A program made the position numbers and the translations under genes. Below the pieces are notes generated by a model. That model saw nothing but the letters and a program-made list of their open reading frames with translations. It ran no database searches and was not told where the DNA came from. A stretch of 64,000 bases of DNA, taken from positions 301 through 64,300 of the IMG/VR virus record IMGVR_UViG_3300017912_003659; one strand, written 5' to 3'. Every line of letters begins with the position of its first letter. The first letter of the stretch is position 1. Shown here one piece after another: positions 19,320-29,189 of the stretch. This DNA is from a virus.

Positions 19320-20712
19320 CGACTTAACAAAATACGGATCTGTTTTTCAGACTAAGATAATAACATCTCTGTTAACAGACCAACAATTTGCTGTTACTGT
19401 TTACGATATGATCCAGCCAGAATTGATGGGAACAGAAGCAAAACAGTGGCTAGTAAAAACAATAAAAGATTATTATTACGAATATAAAGTTACACCAACA
19501 CTCGCATCACTAAAAGTAAAGATCAATGAAATCACAACAGAATTACTTAAAGATGCAGTTGTAGATGAATTAAGGGAAGTAACAAAAAGCATAGAAGCTA
19601 CAGACTTAGAATTTGTTAAAAATGAAACAGTAACATTCTGTAGAAATCAAATGCTTAAAACTGCAATTATTAAGTCTGTTGATTTGTTGCAGTTAGGTCA
19701 ATATGAAGAAATAAAGCGTGTTGTTGATAATGCAATGCGTGCTGGAACACACAGAGATATTGGCTTAGAATATGTAAAGAATTTTGACCAAATATTAGAG
19801 GATGTAAATCGTACATGCTGCCCGACAGGATGGGAACCACTTGACTTTATAATGGACGGTGGACTTTCTGGTGGAGAGCTAGGTGTAGTTGTTGCACCTT
19901 CTGGTATTGGTAAAAGCTGGTTCTTACAAGCGCTTGCTGTTAATGCACTTAGGGCTGGTAAGAACGTAGTTCACTATACATTGGAATTAAATGAAGCTTA
20001 CGTTGGTATGAGATTTGCAACAATATTCTCAGGTGTCCCTGTTGCAAATATTAAAGATAATAAAGACGAAGTAAGAGACACAATTAAAAAAGATTGTAAA
20101 GGTGAACTAATCATAAAATATTTTCCAACAAGAGGTGCTACTGTTCAGACTATACACACTCATCTAAAAACAATTGAGTTAATGGGACATGAACCAGATT
20201 TAATATTAGTTGACTATGCTGACTTATTAAGAGATGTAGGCTCAGCTGATGCAGCTGTAAGGCATCAATTAGGAAATATTTACGAAGATCTTAGGGGATT
20301 AAGTGGTGAATTTCAAATACCTGTTTGGACAGCATCACAATCAAACAGATCATCATTAGAAGATGAAGTTATTGGAGCAGAAAAGATCGCGGAGTCTTAT
20401 GCAAAAATAATGACAGCCGACTTTGTTATGTCACTTTCTAGAAAGATAGAAGACAAGATAGCAAATACAGGTCGTGTTCATGTAATTAAGAACAGGTTTG
20501 GTCAAGATGGTATGACTTATCCGTTAACAATGAACACATCAATTGGAAAATTAGATGTATATGACTCAGCATCTTCCAATGGTCAAGCTGAACAAAAAAA
20601 GCAAGACAATGGCAATGAGTATACAAGAAAACTATTAGCTCAAAAATATGAAAGCTTCAAACCAGGCGACGAAAAAAAAGAGGAAGAATACAAAAATTTT
20701 GAGACAAATTAA
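19303..20712 (+). CDS. 41: replicative DNA helicase, DnaB/T4 gp41-like
   Basis: Walker A APSGIGKSWFLQALAVNALRAGKNVVHYTLELNEAYVGMRF; DLILVDYADLLRDVG; RVHVIKNRFGQDGM. Confidence 0.85.
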   Translation: MPPINDDLTKYGSVFQTKIITSLLTDQQFAVTVYDMIQPELMGTEAKQWLVKTIKDYYYEYKVTPTLASLKVKINEITTELLKDAVVDELREVTKSIEATDLEFVKNETVTFCRNQMLKTAIIKSVDLLQLGQYEEIKRVVDNAMRAGTHRDIGLEYVKNFDQILEDVNRTCCPTGWEPLDFIMDGGLSGGELGVVVAPSGIGKSWFLQALAVNALRAGKNVVHYTLELNEAYVGMRFATIFSGVPVANIKDNKDEVRDTIKKDCKGELIIKYFPTRGATVQTIHTHLKTIELMGHEPDLILVDYADLLRDVGSADAAVRHQLGNIYEDLRGLSGEFQIPVWTASQSNRSSLEDEVIGAEKIAESYAKIMTADFVMSLSRKIEDKIANTGRVHVIKNRFGQDGMTYPLTMNTSIGKLDVYDSASSNGQAEQKKQDNGNEYTRKLLAQKYESFKPGDEKKEEEYKNFETN

Positions 20713-20777
20713 GTATATCCCGTTATTTAACTTAGCGGTTAGGAAAGACAATTATACAGATATTAGGAGACGTTTCA

Positions 20778-22748
20778 ATGCAACAGAAATTTAAGTTATC
20801 ACAAGCATTTATAGACAAATATAAAAGAAAAAAAGCACCATTCGGTTTTAACGGATTAGGTGAGTTGGTTTATATGAGAACTTACTCAAGGTTAAAAGAA
20901 AATGGAAAAAATGAAAAATGGTGGGAAACCGTAAGAAGGGTTGTTGAAGGTGCATATACAATGCAAATGAACTGGATAGAATCACATCAGCTAGGATGGA
21001 ACCCTTGGCGTGCTCAGAAATCTGCACAAGAAATGTTCGATAGAATTTTCAATATGAAATTCTTGCCACCAGGTCGTGGTTTATGGGCAATGGGAACACC
21101 AATCACAGAAGAAAGAGGATTATATGCAGCACTGAATAATTGCGCATTCGTGTCTACAGAGACAATTAAAGATGATGGCTCAAAGCCGTTTACTTTTTTA
21201 ATGGATGCATCAATGTTAGGCGTTGGTGTTGGCTTTGATACAAAAGGTGCAGAACAAATTATGGTTAAAGGACCAACAGGAAAAAGAGATCATGAAGTTT
21301 TTGTAATACCTGATACAAGAGAAGGATGGGTTGATTCTGTTGCTGCATTAATTGATTCTTACTTTCACGGCACACCTGCAATTAAATTTGATTATTCTAA
21401 AATAAGACCTGCTGGTGTTCCAATCAAAGGTTTTGGAGGACAATCAAGCGGACCCGAACCATTAGAAGAAGTACACGAATCAATAAGAAAAGTACTCGAT
21501 GGAAATGCAGGTGCACCAATTACAATTACAACAATCGTAGATATAATGAACCTCATCGGCAAATGTGTAGTAGCAGGAAACGTACGTCGCACAGCTGAAA
21601 TCGTATTCGGTGATCCGTATTCTGACGAGTACATGGACCTAAAGAATTATGAAGTTAATCCTCACAGAGATCAATATGGATGGACTTCTAACAATTCAAT
21701 ATTTGCAGAATTAGGAATGGATTATTCTGAAGCTTGTAAAAGAATTGCATTAAATGGTGAACCAGGATTTGCTTGGTTGGAAAACATGAGAGGATACTCT
21801 CGAATGAAAAACGGCAAGGATAATAAAGACCATAGGTCAATGGGAGGTAATCCTTGTTTAGAACAAACACTAGAATCTTATGAATTGTGTTGTCTTGTGG
21901 AAACATTTCCGTACAAACACGAATCATTAGAAGATTATAAAAAGACTTTAAAATATGCGTATTTGTACGCAAAGACAGTTACTCTAGGTAAGACACACTG
22001 GCCAGAAACAAACAGAGTTATGCTTCGTAACAGAAGGATAGGGTGTTCTGTTAGTGGTGTTGCACAGTTCTTAACTTACAGAGGTGTTGGTGAATTAAGA
22101 GAATGGTTAGAGTCAGGGTATGATGAAATACAACGTTTAGATGATGTCTACTCAGACTTTTTAGCTATTCCTAAGTCAATAAAAACAACTTCTGTAAAGC
22201 CAAGTGGAACAGTATCACTACTTGCAGGGTCAACACCAGGTGTGCATTATCCGGAGTCAAGGTTTTACATAAGAAGAATGAGGCTATCAAATCAATCAGA
22301 GTTGTTAAAGCCCCTTGAAGATGCTGGATATACAGTTGAACCTGCATTCGGTTCTGAAGACTCAACAGTTTGTGTTGAAGTTCCAATTGATGTAGGTGAC
22401 GGTATAAGAACTGCAAAGGAATTAACAGTATGGGAACAATTTAGTTTGGCTGCTTTTATGCAAAGACATTGGGCAGATAACCAAGTAAGTTGTACAGTTA
22501 CTTTTGATCCTGATAATGAAACAGAACAATTAGAGCAGTGCTTAAATTACTTCCAATATCAATTAAAGGGAATAAGTTGTTTACCACGATTTGATGCTGG
22601 TGCTTATAAACAAATGCCTTATGAAGCAATAGATGAAAAGACTTACAATAAAATGAGTAAGAAATTAAAGAACTTATCTTTTGCAAAAATGAAAGGCGAA
22701 GATTCAGAAGCTGAAAAGTTCTGTGATGGAGATGTTTGTATTGTATAA
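20778..22748 (+). CDS. nrdJ: adenosylcobalamin-dependent (class II) ribonucleotide reductase
   Basis: 656 aa; FLPPGRGLWAMGTP, NNCAFVST, MGGNPCLEQTLESYELCCLVETFP, SVKPSGTVSLLAGSTPGVHYPES, C-terminal redox cysteines CDGDVCIV. Confidence 0.9.
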   Translation: MQQKFKLSQAFIDKYKRKKAPFGFNGLGELVYMRTYSRLKENGKNEKWWETVRRVVEGAYTMQMNWIESHQLGWNPWRAQKSAQEMFDRIFNMKFLPPGRGLWAMGTPITEERGLYAALNNCAFVSTETIKDDGSKPFTFLMDASMLGVGVGFDTKGAEQIMVKGPTGKRDHEVFVIPDTREGWVDSVAALIDSYFHGTPAIKFDYSKIRPAGVPIKGFGGQSSGPEPLEEVHESIRKVLDGNAGAPITITTIVDIMNLIGKCVVAGNVRRTAEIVFGDPYSDEYMDLKNYEVNPHRDQYGWTSNNSIFAELGMDYSEACKRIALNGEPGFAWLENMRGYSRMKNGKDNKDHRSMGGNPCLEQTLESYELCCLVETFPYKHESLEDYKKTLKYAYLYAKTVTLGKTHWPETNRVMLRNRRIGCSVSGVAQFLTYRGVGELREWLESGYDEIQRLDDVYSDFLAIPKSIKTTSVKPSGTVSLLAGSTPGVHYPESRFYIRRMRLSNQSELLKPLEDAGYTVEPAFGSEDSTVCVEVPIDVGDGIRTAKELTVWEQFSLAAFMQRHWADNQVSCTVTFDPDNETEQLEQCLNYFQYQLKGISCLPRFDAGAYKQMPYEAIDEKTYNKMSKKLKNLSFAKMKGEDSEAEKFCDGDVCIV

Positions 22749-22843
22749 ATTCACATGCAAAAAAGCGGACAGGCAGAAGTATTTCTTGGAACACCAAGAT
22801 ATGCTAATGTAGGAATTACGGTTAATTTTTAGAACGGTAATTT

Positions 22844-22916
22844 GGGGCTGTAGCTCAGTTGGGAGAGCACCGCACTTGCACTGCGGAGGTCGCAGGTTCG
22901 ATTCCTGTCAGCTCCA
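22844..22916 (+). tRNA. tRNA-Ala(TGC)
   Basis: Acceptor GGGGCTG/CAGCTCC, D-arm GCTCAGTTGGGAGAGC, anticodon stem-loop CCGCA-CTTGCAC-TGCGG, T arm CGCAGGTTCGATTCCTG; no encoded CCA. Confidence 0.95.
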
Positions 22917-22932
22917 CTTTAAAAATGTTATT

Positions 22933-23003
22933 TGGGGTATCGTCTAACGGTAGGACACCTGGTTTTGGTCCAGGCAGTTGAGGTTCGAATCCTTATACCC
23001 CAG
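22933..23003 (+). tRNA. tRNA-Gln(TTG)
   Basis: Acceptor TGGGGTA/TACCCCA, anticodon stem-loop CCTGG-TTTTGGT-CCAGG, T arm GAGGTTCGAATCCTT; no encoded CCA. Confidence 0.95.
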
Positions 23004-23023
23004 CAAAATTAATAGGAGTTATA

Positions 23024-23188
23024 ATGAATCACTGGATTATTGTAGATATATTACTTCCAATCATATTCATTCAAGGATGGATTATCTATAAATTGTGGAA
23101 TAAAGTAAACTGGTGGGAAGAAACTTATCATAAAACAAAAAGAGCACATAAAGATATTGTAGACAGGTATGTATTTAAAAATAATTAA
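23024..23188 (+). CDS. small single-TM membrane protein (54 aa, not in ORF track)
   Basis: MNHWIIVDILLPIIFIQGWIIYKLWNKVNWWEETYHKTKRAHKDIVDRYVFKNN with TAGGAGTTATA RBS. Confidence 0.6.
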   Translation: MNHWIIVDILLPIIFIQGWIIYKLWNKVNWWEETYHKTKRAHKDIVDRYVFKNN

Positions 23189-23252
23189 AAAAATATATAT
23201 TTTGACAAATATAAAGTATATATATTAACAAATGGTTATAAGGAGTAAAAAC

Positions 23253-23687
23253 ATGCACGATTGTTATATTGCAAGCGGTTGGTTTAATGAAAATCAAGCA
23301 CGCGATTTAGAAAACATAAAAACAGCACTTGATGAATTAGGTGTAAACTATTTTTCACCGAAAGATGAAATTGTAGCAAAGCCTGATGCATCACCTGAAG
23401 AACAGGAAATGATATTTAAAGGCAATGTTGATGCAATTACAGGCGGTAATTTTGTTGTCTGCAATACACGTGATAAAGATCTTGGAACAATATTTGAGGC
23501 AGGCTTTTCTTACGCATCAAATGTTCCAATCATTTATTATGCTGAAGGATTGCAAGGTAACTTTAATCTTATGCTTTCACGTAGTGGAAGAGCTGTTGCA
23601 ACTAACATTGAAGAATTAAAAGAACACGTTAAAGGAATAATGGAAAATCCAAACTATGAAAAAGAATACGTCGGTTTCGTTGAGTGA
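23253..23687 (+). CDS. nucleoside 2-deoxyribosyltransferase-like protein
   Basis: YIASGWFNENQARDLENIKTALDELGVNYFSPKDE...NTRDKDLGTIFEAGFSYASNVPIIYY; RBS AAGGAG before ATG 23253 (track start 23232). Confidence 0.75.
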   Translation: MHDCYIASGWFNENQARDLENIKTALDELGVNYFSPKDEIVAKPDASPEEQEMIFKGNVDAITGGNFVVCNTRDKDLGTIFEAGFSYASNVPIIYYAEGLQGNFNLMLSRSGRAVATNIEELKEHVKGIMENPNYEKEYVGFVE

Positions 23688-24192
23688 TTTTGTAGATGAT
23701 GTCTACATCTTAAAAGCACTTACAAGATATAATAATAAATTTAAAATCATAAGTGAAAGTGTTGCAGAACACTCTTACTTTGTAGCTGTATTAACATTAA
23801 AGTTACATGATGATTATGACTTTGATTTAGAAAAAGCGCTTAAGATGTCGTTAATACACGATATTCCAGAACTACATCTTTCTGATGTAACACATGACGT
23901 AAAACGCAACTTTCCAAAGTTAGCTAGTGAAGTTGTAAAAGCAGAATACGTTATTATGAAAGAAAGATACCCACAGTGGTATGACACATTCAAACACTTT
24001 GAAGACCAAGACTCACCTGAAGCATTAGCTGTAAAGATGGCAGATAATCTTAGTTGTGTACAATATGCAACTGCAGAAATGGAGTTAGGTAACAAAGGTT
24101 ATATGAAAGAGGTTGCAACAAATGCGGCTAGACGTGTTATGCAGTGTGAACAAGATTTACAAAAATACAGGAGAATAGAAAATGCCAATTAA
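23656..24192 (+). CDS. HD-domain phosphohydrolase (YfbR/5'-nucleotidase-like)
   Basis: ESVAEHSYFVAVLTLKL..ALKMSLIHDIPELHLSDVTHDVKR..VKMADNLS HD signatures. Confidence 0.8.
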   Translation: MKKNTSVSLSDFVDDVYILKALTRYNNKFKIISESVAEHSYFVAVLTLKLHDDYDFDLEKALKMSLIHDIPELHLSDVTHDVKRNFPKLASEVVKAEYVIMKERYPQWYDTFKHFEDQDSPEALAVKMADNLSCVQYATAEMELGNKGYMKEVATNAARRVMQCEQDLQKYRRIENAN

Positions 24193-25138
24193 TAATGATT
24201 TGCCGGTAGTTAAACTCCCAACTGATTTGGGGTTTAATAAACCGATAAAAACAGAGTTTCATGATCATCTAGATTCTATAAAGACAAAGCTAGTTAGCAG
24301 TCCTTCAATAGAAGAATTAAGAAACTATATACCAGACTTCTGCACTGCAACATGGGCAGAACAGCCTTTCAATAAAGGCTCACTATCAGACTATGAAAAA
24401 GATAAAATGATTTGGATGCTTTTTAACGGTAAATTACTACCAACAGCATTCGAAACAATAAACTGTACTTTTACAATTGAAGGTGTTGATACACAATTTG
24501 TCACACACTTAATCAGACATCGTGCATTTAGTTTTTCAGCACAGTGTACAGGTGACAGATCACAAAGAAATGATGATGCTGTAGTTCCACACGCAATCAT
24601 AAACTCACCTGAAATGTATGAAAGGTATAAACAGTTAGTTAATGATTCTAAACAGCTTTATGCTGATATGGTTGATACTAAAGAGATCTCTGTTATGGAT
24701 GCAAGACATATATTACCTAAATGCTTAAGTACATTCTATTGGGCAAGAGGCAATATAAGAGATGTTATGGCTTTTATCAAAACAAGAATTGACAAACAGA
24801 TTCAGCCAACAGAAGACAATGTTGTTGCTTACTATATGTGGCTAGAATTAGTCAGGGCTTATCCGATGATTGTTGACTGTATTGATATTCATACGCCAGC
24901 TAGGTATTACATTTCAACTGCAAGGACAGGAACAGGTACAAATCTTTACTGGCCAGATGAAGATTCTGATGAATTTGAATACAATGAAAATGATTTCTTA
25001 TATCAATCTACACGTGAAAACTTAAACGGTACTGAAGGTGGAAGAAATACATTTATGGAAATCATAAAAAGCATTGATGAAGAACTAGCATTGTTAAGAG
25101 AACAGGCACATGAAAGGTATGACTTCTTACGTGGATAA
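24182..25138 (+). CDS. ThyX-like flavin-dependent thymidylate synthase (divergent)
   Basis: TQFVTHLIRHRAFSFSAQCTGDRSQ (degenerate ThyX motif), DARHILPKCLSTFYWARGNIRDVMAFIKTRID. Confidence 0.7.
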   Translation: MPINNDLPVVKLPTDLGFNKPIKTEFHDHLDSIKTKLVSSPSIEELRNYIPDFCTATWAEQPFNKGSLSDYEKDKMIWMLFNGKLLPTAFETINCTFTIEGVDTQFVTHLIRHRAFSFSAQCTGDRSQRNDDAVVPHAIINSPEMYERYKQLVNDSKQLYADMVDTKEISVMDARHILPKCLSTFYWARGNIRDVMAFIKTRIDKQIQPTEDNVVAYYMWLELVRAYPMIVDCIDIHTPARYYISTARTGTGTNLYWPDEDSDEFEYNENDFLYQSTRENLNGTEGGRNTFMEIIKSIDEELALLREQAHERYDFLRG

Positions 25139-25484
25139 ACTGGAAGAAATATACGAATTACAAAAAAGCTTTACTGAACGGTTTTTTAAAGAAAAACAGA
25201 ATTTGACTTTAGAAGACGTAAGAAATGATAAAAACCGTTTGGTAAAGTGGAATAAAGAGTACATACTCGCACTGATCGCAGAAGCGACAGAGGTTTTAAA
25301 TGAAGTCGATTGGAAGATGCACAAACAGATGAATCTTCCAACTGACGCAAGAGAAAGACTACTAGAAGAAAGCATCGATGTGATGAAGTTCTTATTAGGA
25401 TTAATGATTGTAAATGGATTCAGTTTGGATGATATTTATAGTATGTTCAAGTCCAAATCACAAGTAGTTGAAAAAAGATTATAA
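25110..25484 (+). CDS. all-alpha NTP pyrophosphatase (MazG/dimeric dUTPase-like)
   Basis: EYILALIAEATEVLNEVDWKMH...RLLEESIDVMKFLLGLMIVNGFSLDDIYSMFKSKSQVVEKR. Confidence 0.7.
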   Translation: MKGMTSYVDKLEEIYELQKSFTERFFKEKQNLTLEDVRNDKNRLVKWNKEYILALIAEATEVLNEVDWKMHKQMNLPTDARERLLEESIDVMKFLLGLMIVNGFSLDDIYSMFKSKSQVVEKRL

Positions 25485-25487
25485 AAA

Positions 25488-25525
25488 GCCTTTACGCATA
25501 TAGTCTTTTATTGTTAGATTCTAAC
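25488..25525 (+). promoter_or_regulatory. recurrent promoter-like element, copy 1
   Basis: GCCTTTAC (25488-25495) N19 TAGATTCTAAC; upstream of dnaE-like gene. Confidence 0.65.
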
Positions 25526-25545
25526 ATAATAAAAATAGGATTAGT

Positions 25546-28500
25546 ATGTCATTAAAAAATATTGCGCCACCAGACAGATTTACTGGTTTGCACTCACACA
25601 CAACTTTTAGTACATTTGATGCAATCGGCTATCCTTCAGACCATATCGATTTTATAACTAGTGAAGCTCAAGGTGGTGACTCATGGGCAATTACAGATCA
25701 CGGTAACGGTAACGGTTTAGGCCACGCAAATGCACACTCTAATATTATAAAAAAGTCAGGTAGAGATTATAGACAACTTTACGGTGTTGAATTTTATTTT
25801 GTTCCTTCTCTAAAGACTTGGCAGTCACAATACGAAGCGCATCGTGAAGCAGTACAAGCAGAAAAAGATGCTAAGAAAAAAGAAAAGCTACACAATTCAC
25901 CTGTAATAGTGGATGCTGAAAAAGACATTGAGGCAGGCGGTCACATCGTAGAAGATGAAAACGAAACCAAAGAATCAGCAAAAGGAAAGCCAGCTTGGAA
26001 AAGATATTATCATCTAGTTGTAATTGCCAAGAACAGAAAAGGTCTAACAAACTTATTTACACTTGTTAAAAAATCTTACAAATACGGATTTTACAGATTT
26101 CCTAGAATTGACTTTGAGATGTTAAAAGAGCACGGTGAAGGTCTAGTTGTTTCGACTGCGTGTGTTGGTGGACTTGCGTCTGGTATAATTTATAATGAGT
26201 TTCAGGACAAGACATTTGATCAATTTCATCCTGACTTATTAAATGATTCTTTAAAATATAATACTGTTATGAACAGGCTTACGAATATGACAGACTATTT
26301 TGTTGACTGTGTAGGACAGGAAAACTTCTTTTTAGAATTACAGTTTAATAAACTTACAGCACAACAAATGACAAACAGAATGCTGCTCGACTTATCTAAA
26401 AAGACAGGCATAAAATTAGTTGCAACTGCAGACTCACATTATCCTACTCCGCATGTTTGGGAAGCTAGAGAGCTTTATAAAAAACTTGGATGGTTTAGTT
26501 CAGATCCTGCTAAGATGAAGTTACCAAAAGAAGAAGAACTTAAGTGTCTACTATATCCTAAAAATGCACAACAAATGTGGCAAGAATTTACTGAAAACTA
26601 TAACGACTATGACTTTTACAAAGGATACGAGACTGATGTTAGAGATGCAATTAATAGGACACATGATATTGCATGGGATTTATGTGAAGACACTTGGATC
26701 GACCAATCAGCAAAATTACCTGTTCACGGAACTAATGATAAGCCGGCTTTTAATATACTCGTAGATCTTGTCAAAGAAGGTTTGGTTAGAGAAGGACTAG
26801 ATAAAAAGCAAGAATATATTGACAGAGCAAAACAAGAATTAGCTGATATTAAAACATTAGGACATGAATCTTATTTTATAACAATGTACCAGATCTTTGA
26901 AAAATCATCAAAGAAAACATTGTTAGGTCCTGGTCGTGGTTCAGGTGCTGGAAGTCTTGTAAACTTCTTGTTAGGAATAACACAGTTAGATCCTATCGAA
27001 TACGGTTTATTATGGGCTAGGTTTTTAGGACCTCACAAAGTTTCTTGGCCAGATATTGATACTGATGCAGGTGATAGAGATGTTATGATTGAGGCATCAA
27101 AAGAATTATATGGTGAAGAATCTGTAATACCTGTATCAAACTTTAATACACTTAAATTAAAATCACTATTAAAAGATGTCTGCAAATTTTATAATGTGCC
27201 ATTCTTAGATGTAAACAAACTTACAGCAGGTTTGCAAGAAGAAGTTATGCCTCATGCTCGCGGTGATAATGAAGAGAAATCAATGTTTATGCTTAAACAC
27301 GAAGACTGTATGGCATATTCAAAAAGATACAAGACATTTATGGAAAAATATCCAGATGTTGAAAGACAGATTAGTTCTTTATTCTTGCAAAACAGAAGTA
27401 TTGGAAGACATGCAGGCGGTGTTATCATAGCACCTGAAAAAGATCTGACAAGTTGTATGCCAATAATATCTGTAAGAGGTGAGTTACAAACACCTTGGTC
27501 TGAAGGTATGAATGTTAGAAACTTGGAACCAAACGGATTCTTAAAATTTGATTTCTTAGGACTAACACTTTTAAGAGATGTAGAAAGATGTATTGGACGT
27601 GTACTGAAAAAGCAAGGAAATCCTGATCCAACATTCTTGGACATAAAAGCTTTCTTTGATAAACATTTGAACTGTAGAAATGTAAAGATGGATGATCAAA
27701 AAGTCTGGAAACATGTTTATGAAGATGGCAGATTTACAGCAATATTCCAGTTTACAGCAGACGGTGCAAGACGATTTTGTTTAGAAGCAAAGCCAACAGA
27801 TATTGAAACACTAGGTGCATTAACTGCTATTTACAGACCTGGTCCTCTAAAGGCAAATGTACATAAGAAATTTGTTCAAGCAAAGAAAGATAAAGACTCT
27901 GTTGTTTATGCACACCCTGAAATTAAAAAAGTATTAGAGCCAACATTTAATCATATCGTCTTTCAAGAACAGTTTATGATGTTAGCACAAAACCTTGCAG
28001 GATTTACACCAGGTGAATCTGATAAACTTAGAAAAACTCTTGTTAAGATGTCACACGATTCATTAGGAGGTAAGAAGAATGAAAGACAAATTGCAAAAGA
28101 AAAGTTTATCAAAGGTGCAAAAGACTTACACGGTATTGATGAAAAAGTAACTCAAGACTTATGGGAAAGAATTGAAGCATTCTCAACATACGGTTTTAAC
28201 AAATCACATGCAATAGCTTACGCAATTGATTCTTATTATGGTGCTTGGTTGCACACATATCACGAAACAGAATGGTTAGCAACTATACTTGATTCTGAGA
28301 ATAACAACCCGTCAGGCTTGGCTAAGACAATATCAGAAATAAAATCATACGGATATAGAATTATTGATGCTGATATTAATTACTCAGGAACACAATGGGA
28401 ATATTCAACAGAAATAAATGCATTTGTTCCACCGCTATCGTCTATTAAAGGTGTTGGTGATGCAGCTATGAATGAAGTAATGGCGCTGAGACCGTTTAAT

Positions 28501-29178
28501 AATATTAAAGAACTGTTATATGACAATGAAGGCAACTGGAGGTGGACAAAGTTTAATAAGTCAGCAATTAAATCTCTTTGTATTGTTGAGGCATTAGGAT
28601 CTCTTCAAGAGTTTGAAGATGGTATACTGAACAATCATAATCAGCTGCTACACGTTTTAACAGATGACAAGAATTATGATACATTAAGAAAACACAAATC
28701 AGGACTTACAAAGACACAAAGAAAAAAGCTTGAAAAACAAGGAGAGTTCCCTACAGATTACATCGACAGTTTGTTTCCAAAGTATTCAGAAATACCTGAC
28801 TGGACAAGAATGGAAAAGATAGAAAACTATGCGACAATGACATCAACAGTAAAGAATGATCTAGTATTTCCTGATGAAATGATGGAACAAATTAGAATAC
28901 ATAATGTTCCTTGTGCAATGAATATTGCTGAAGGTTCGAGAGGCCAAGGCTGGTTTTCTGTAATTGATAAGACAAAGAAAAAATCTAAAAATAACAGAGT
29001 GTTCTGGAGTCTTAAGATAATTGATAATCAAAATAATCAGAAATGGCTAAGAGTTTGGGGTGACTTTAAAGAAGGTAAAGAGCCTGACAAATACACGTTT
29101 TGTCTGGCTGATATTCACAACGATCCGAACTGGGGCATGTCAACAAATGCTGCAAAGTTCAAAATAATAAATTTTTAG
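25546..29178 (+). CDS. dnaE: DNA polymerase III alpha subunit-like (family C, DnaE type) with PHP domain
   Basis: PHP GLHSHTTFSTFD/AITDHGN; LGPGRGSGAGSLVNFLLGITQLDPIEYGLLWARFLGPHKVSWPDIDTDAGDRD; FLKFDFLGLTLLRD; AIYRPGPL; FQEQFMMLAQNLAGFTPGESDKLRKTL; GFNKSHAIAYA. Confidence 0.95.
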   Translation: MSLKNIAPPDRFTGLHSHTTFSTFDAIGYPSDHIDFITSEAQGGDSWAITDHGNGNGLGHANAHSNIIKKSGRDYRQLYGVEFYFVPSLKTWQSQYEAHREAVQAEKDAKKKEKLHNSPVIVDAEKDIEAGGHIVEDENETKESAKGKPAWKRYYHLVVIAKNRKGLTNLFTLVKKSYKYGFYRFPRIDFEMLKEHGEGLVVSTACVGGLASGIIYNEFQDKTFDQFHPDLLNDSLKYNTVMNRLTNMTDYFVDCVGQENFFLELQFNKLTAQQMTNRMLLDLSKKTGIKLVATADSHYPTPHVWEARELYKKLGWFSSDPAKMKLPKEEELKCLLYPKNAQQMWQEFTENYNDYDFYKGYETDVRDAINRTHDIAWDLCEDTWIDQSAKLPVHGTNDKPAFNILVDLVKEGLVREGLDKKQEYIDRAKQELADIKTLGHESYFITMYQIFEKSSKKTLLGPGRGSGAGSLVNFLLGITQLDPIEYGLLWARFLGPHKVSWPDIDTDAGDRDVMIEASKELYGEESVIPVSNFNTLKLKSLLKDVCKFYNVPFLDVNKLTAGLQEEVMPHARGDNEEKSMFMLKHEDCMAYSKRYKTFMEKYPDVERQISSLFLQNRSIGRHAGGVIIAPEKDLTSCMPIISVRGELQTPWSEGMNVRNLEPNGFLKFDFLGLTLLRDVERCIGRVLKKQGNPDPTFLDIKAFFDKHLNCRNVKMDDQKVWKHVYEDGRFTAIFQFTADGARRFCLEAKPTDIETLGALTAIYRPGPLKANVHKKFVQAKKDKDSVVYAHPEIKKVLEPTFNHIVFQEQFMMLAQNLAGFTPGESDKLRKTLVKMSHDSLGGKKNERQIAKEKFIKGAKDLHGIDEKVTQDLWERIEAFSTYGFNKSHAIAYAIDSYYGAWLHTYHETEWLATILDSENNNPSGLAKTISEIKSYGYRIIDADINYSGTQWEYSTEINAFVPPLSSIKGVGDAAMNEVMALRPFNNIKELLYDNEGNWRWTKFNKSAIKSLCIVEALGSLQEFEDGILNNHNQLLHVLTDDKNYDTLRKHKSGLTKTQRKKLEKQGEFPTDYIDSLFPKYSEIPDWTRMEKIENYATMTSTVKNDLVFPDEMMEQIRIHNVPCAMNIAEGSRGQGWFSVIDKTKKKSKNNRVFWSLKIIDNQNNQKWLRVWGDFKEGKEPDKYTFCLADIHNDPNWGMSTNAAKFKIINF

Positions 29179-29189
29179 TAGAGGTAGAA

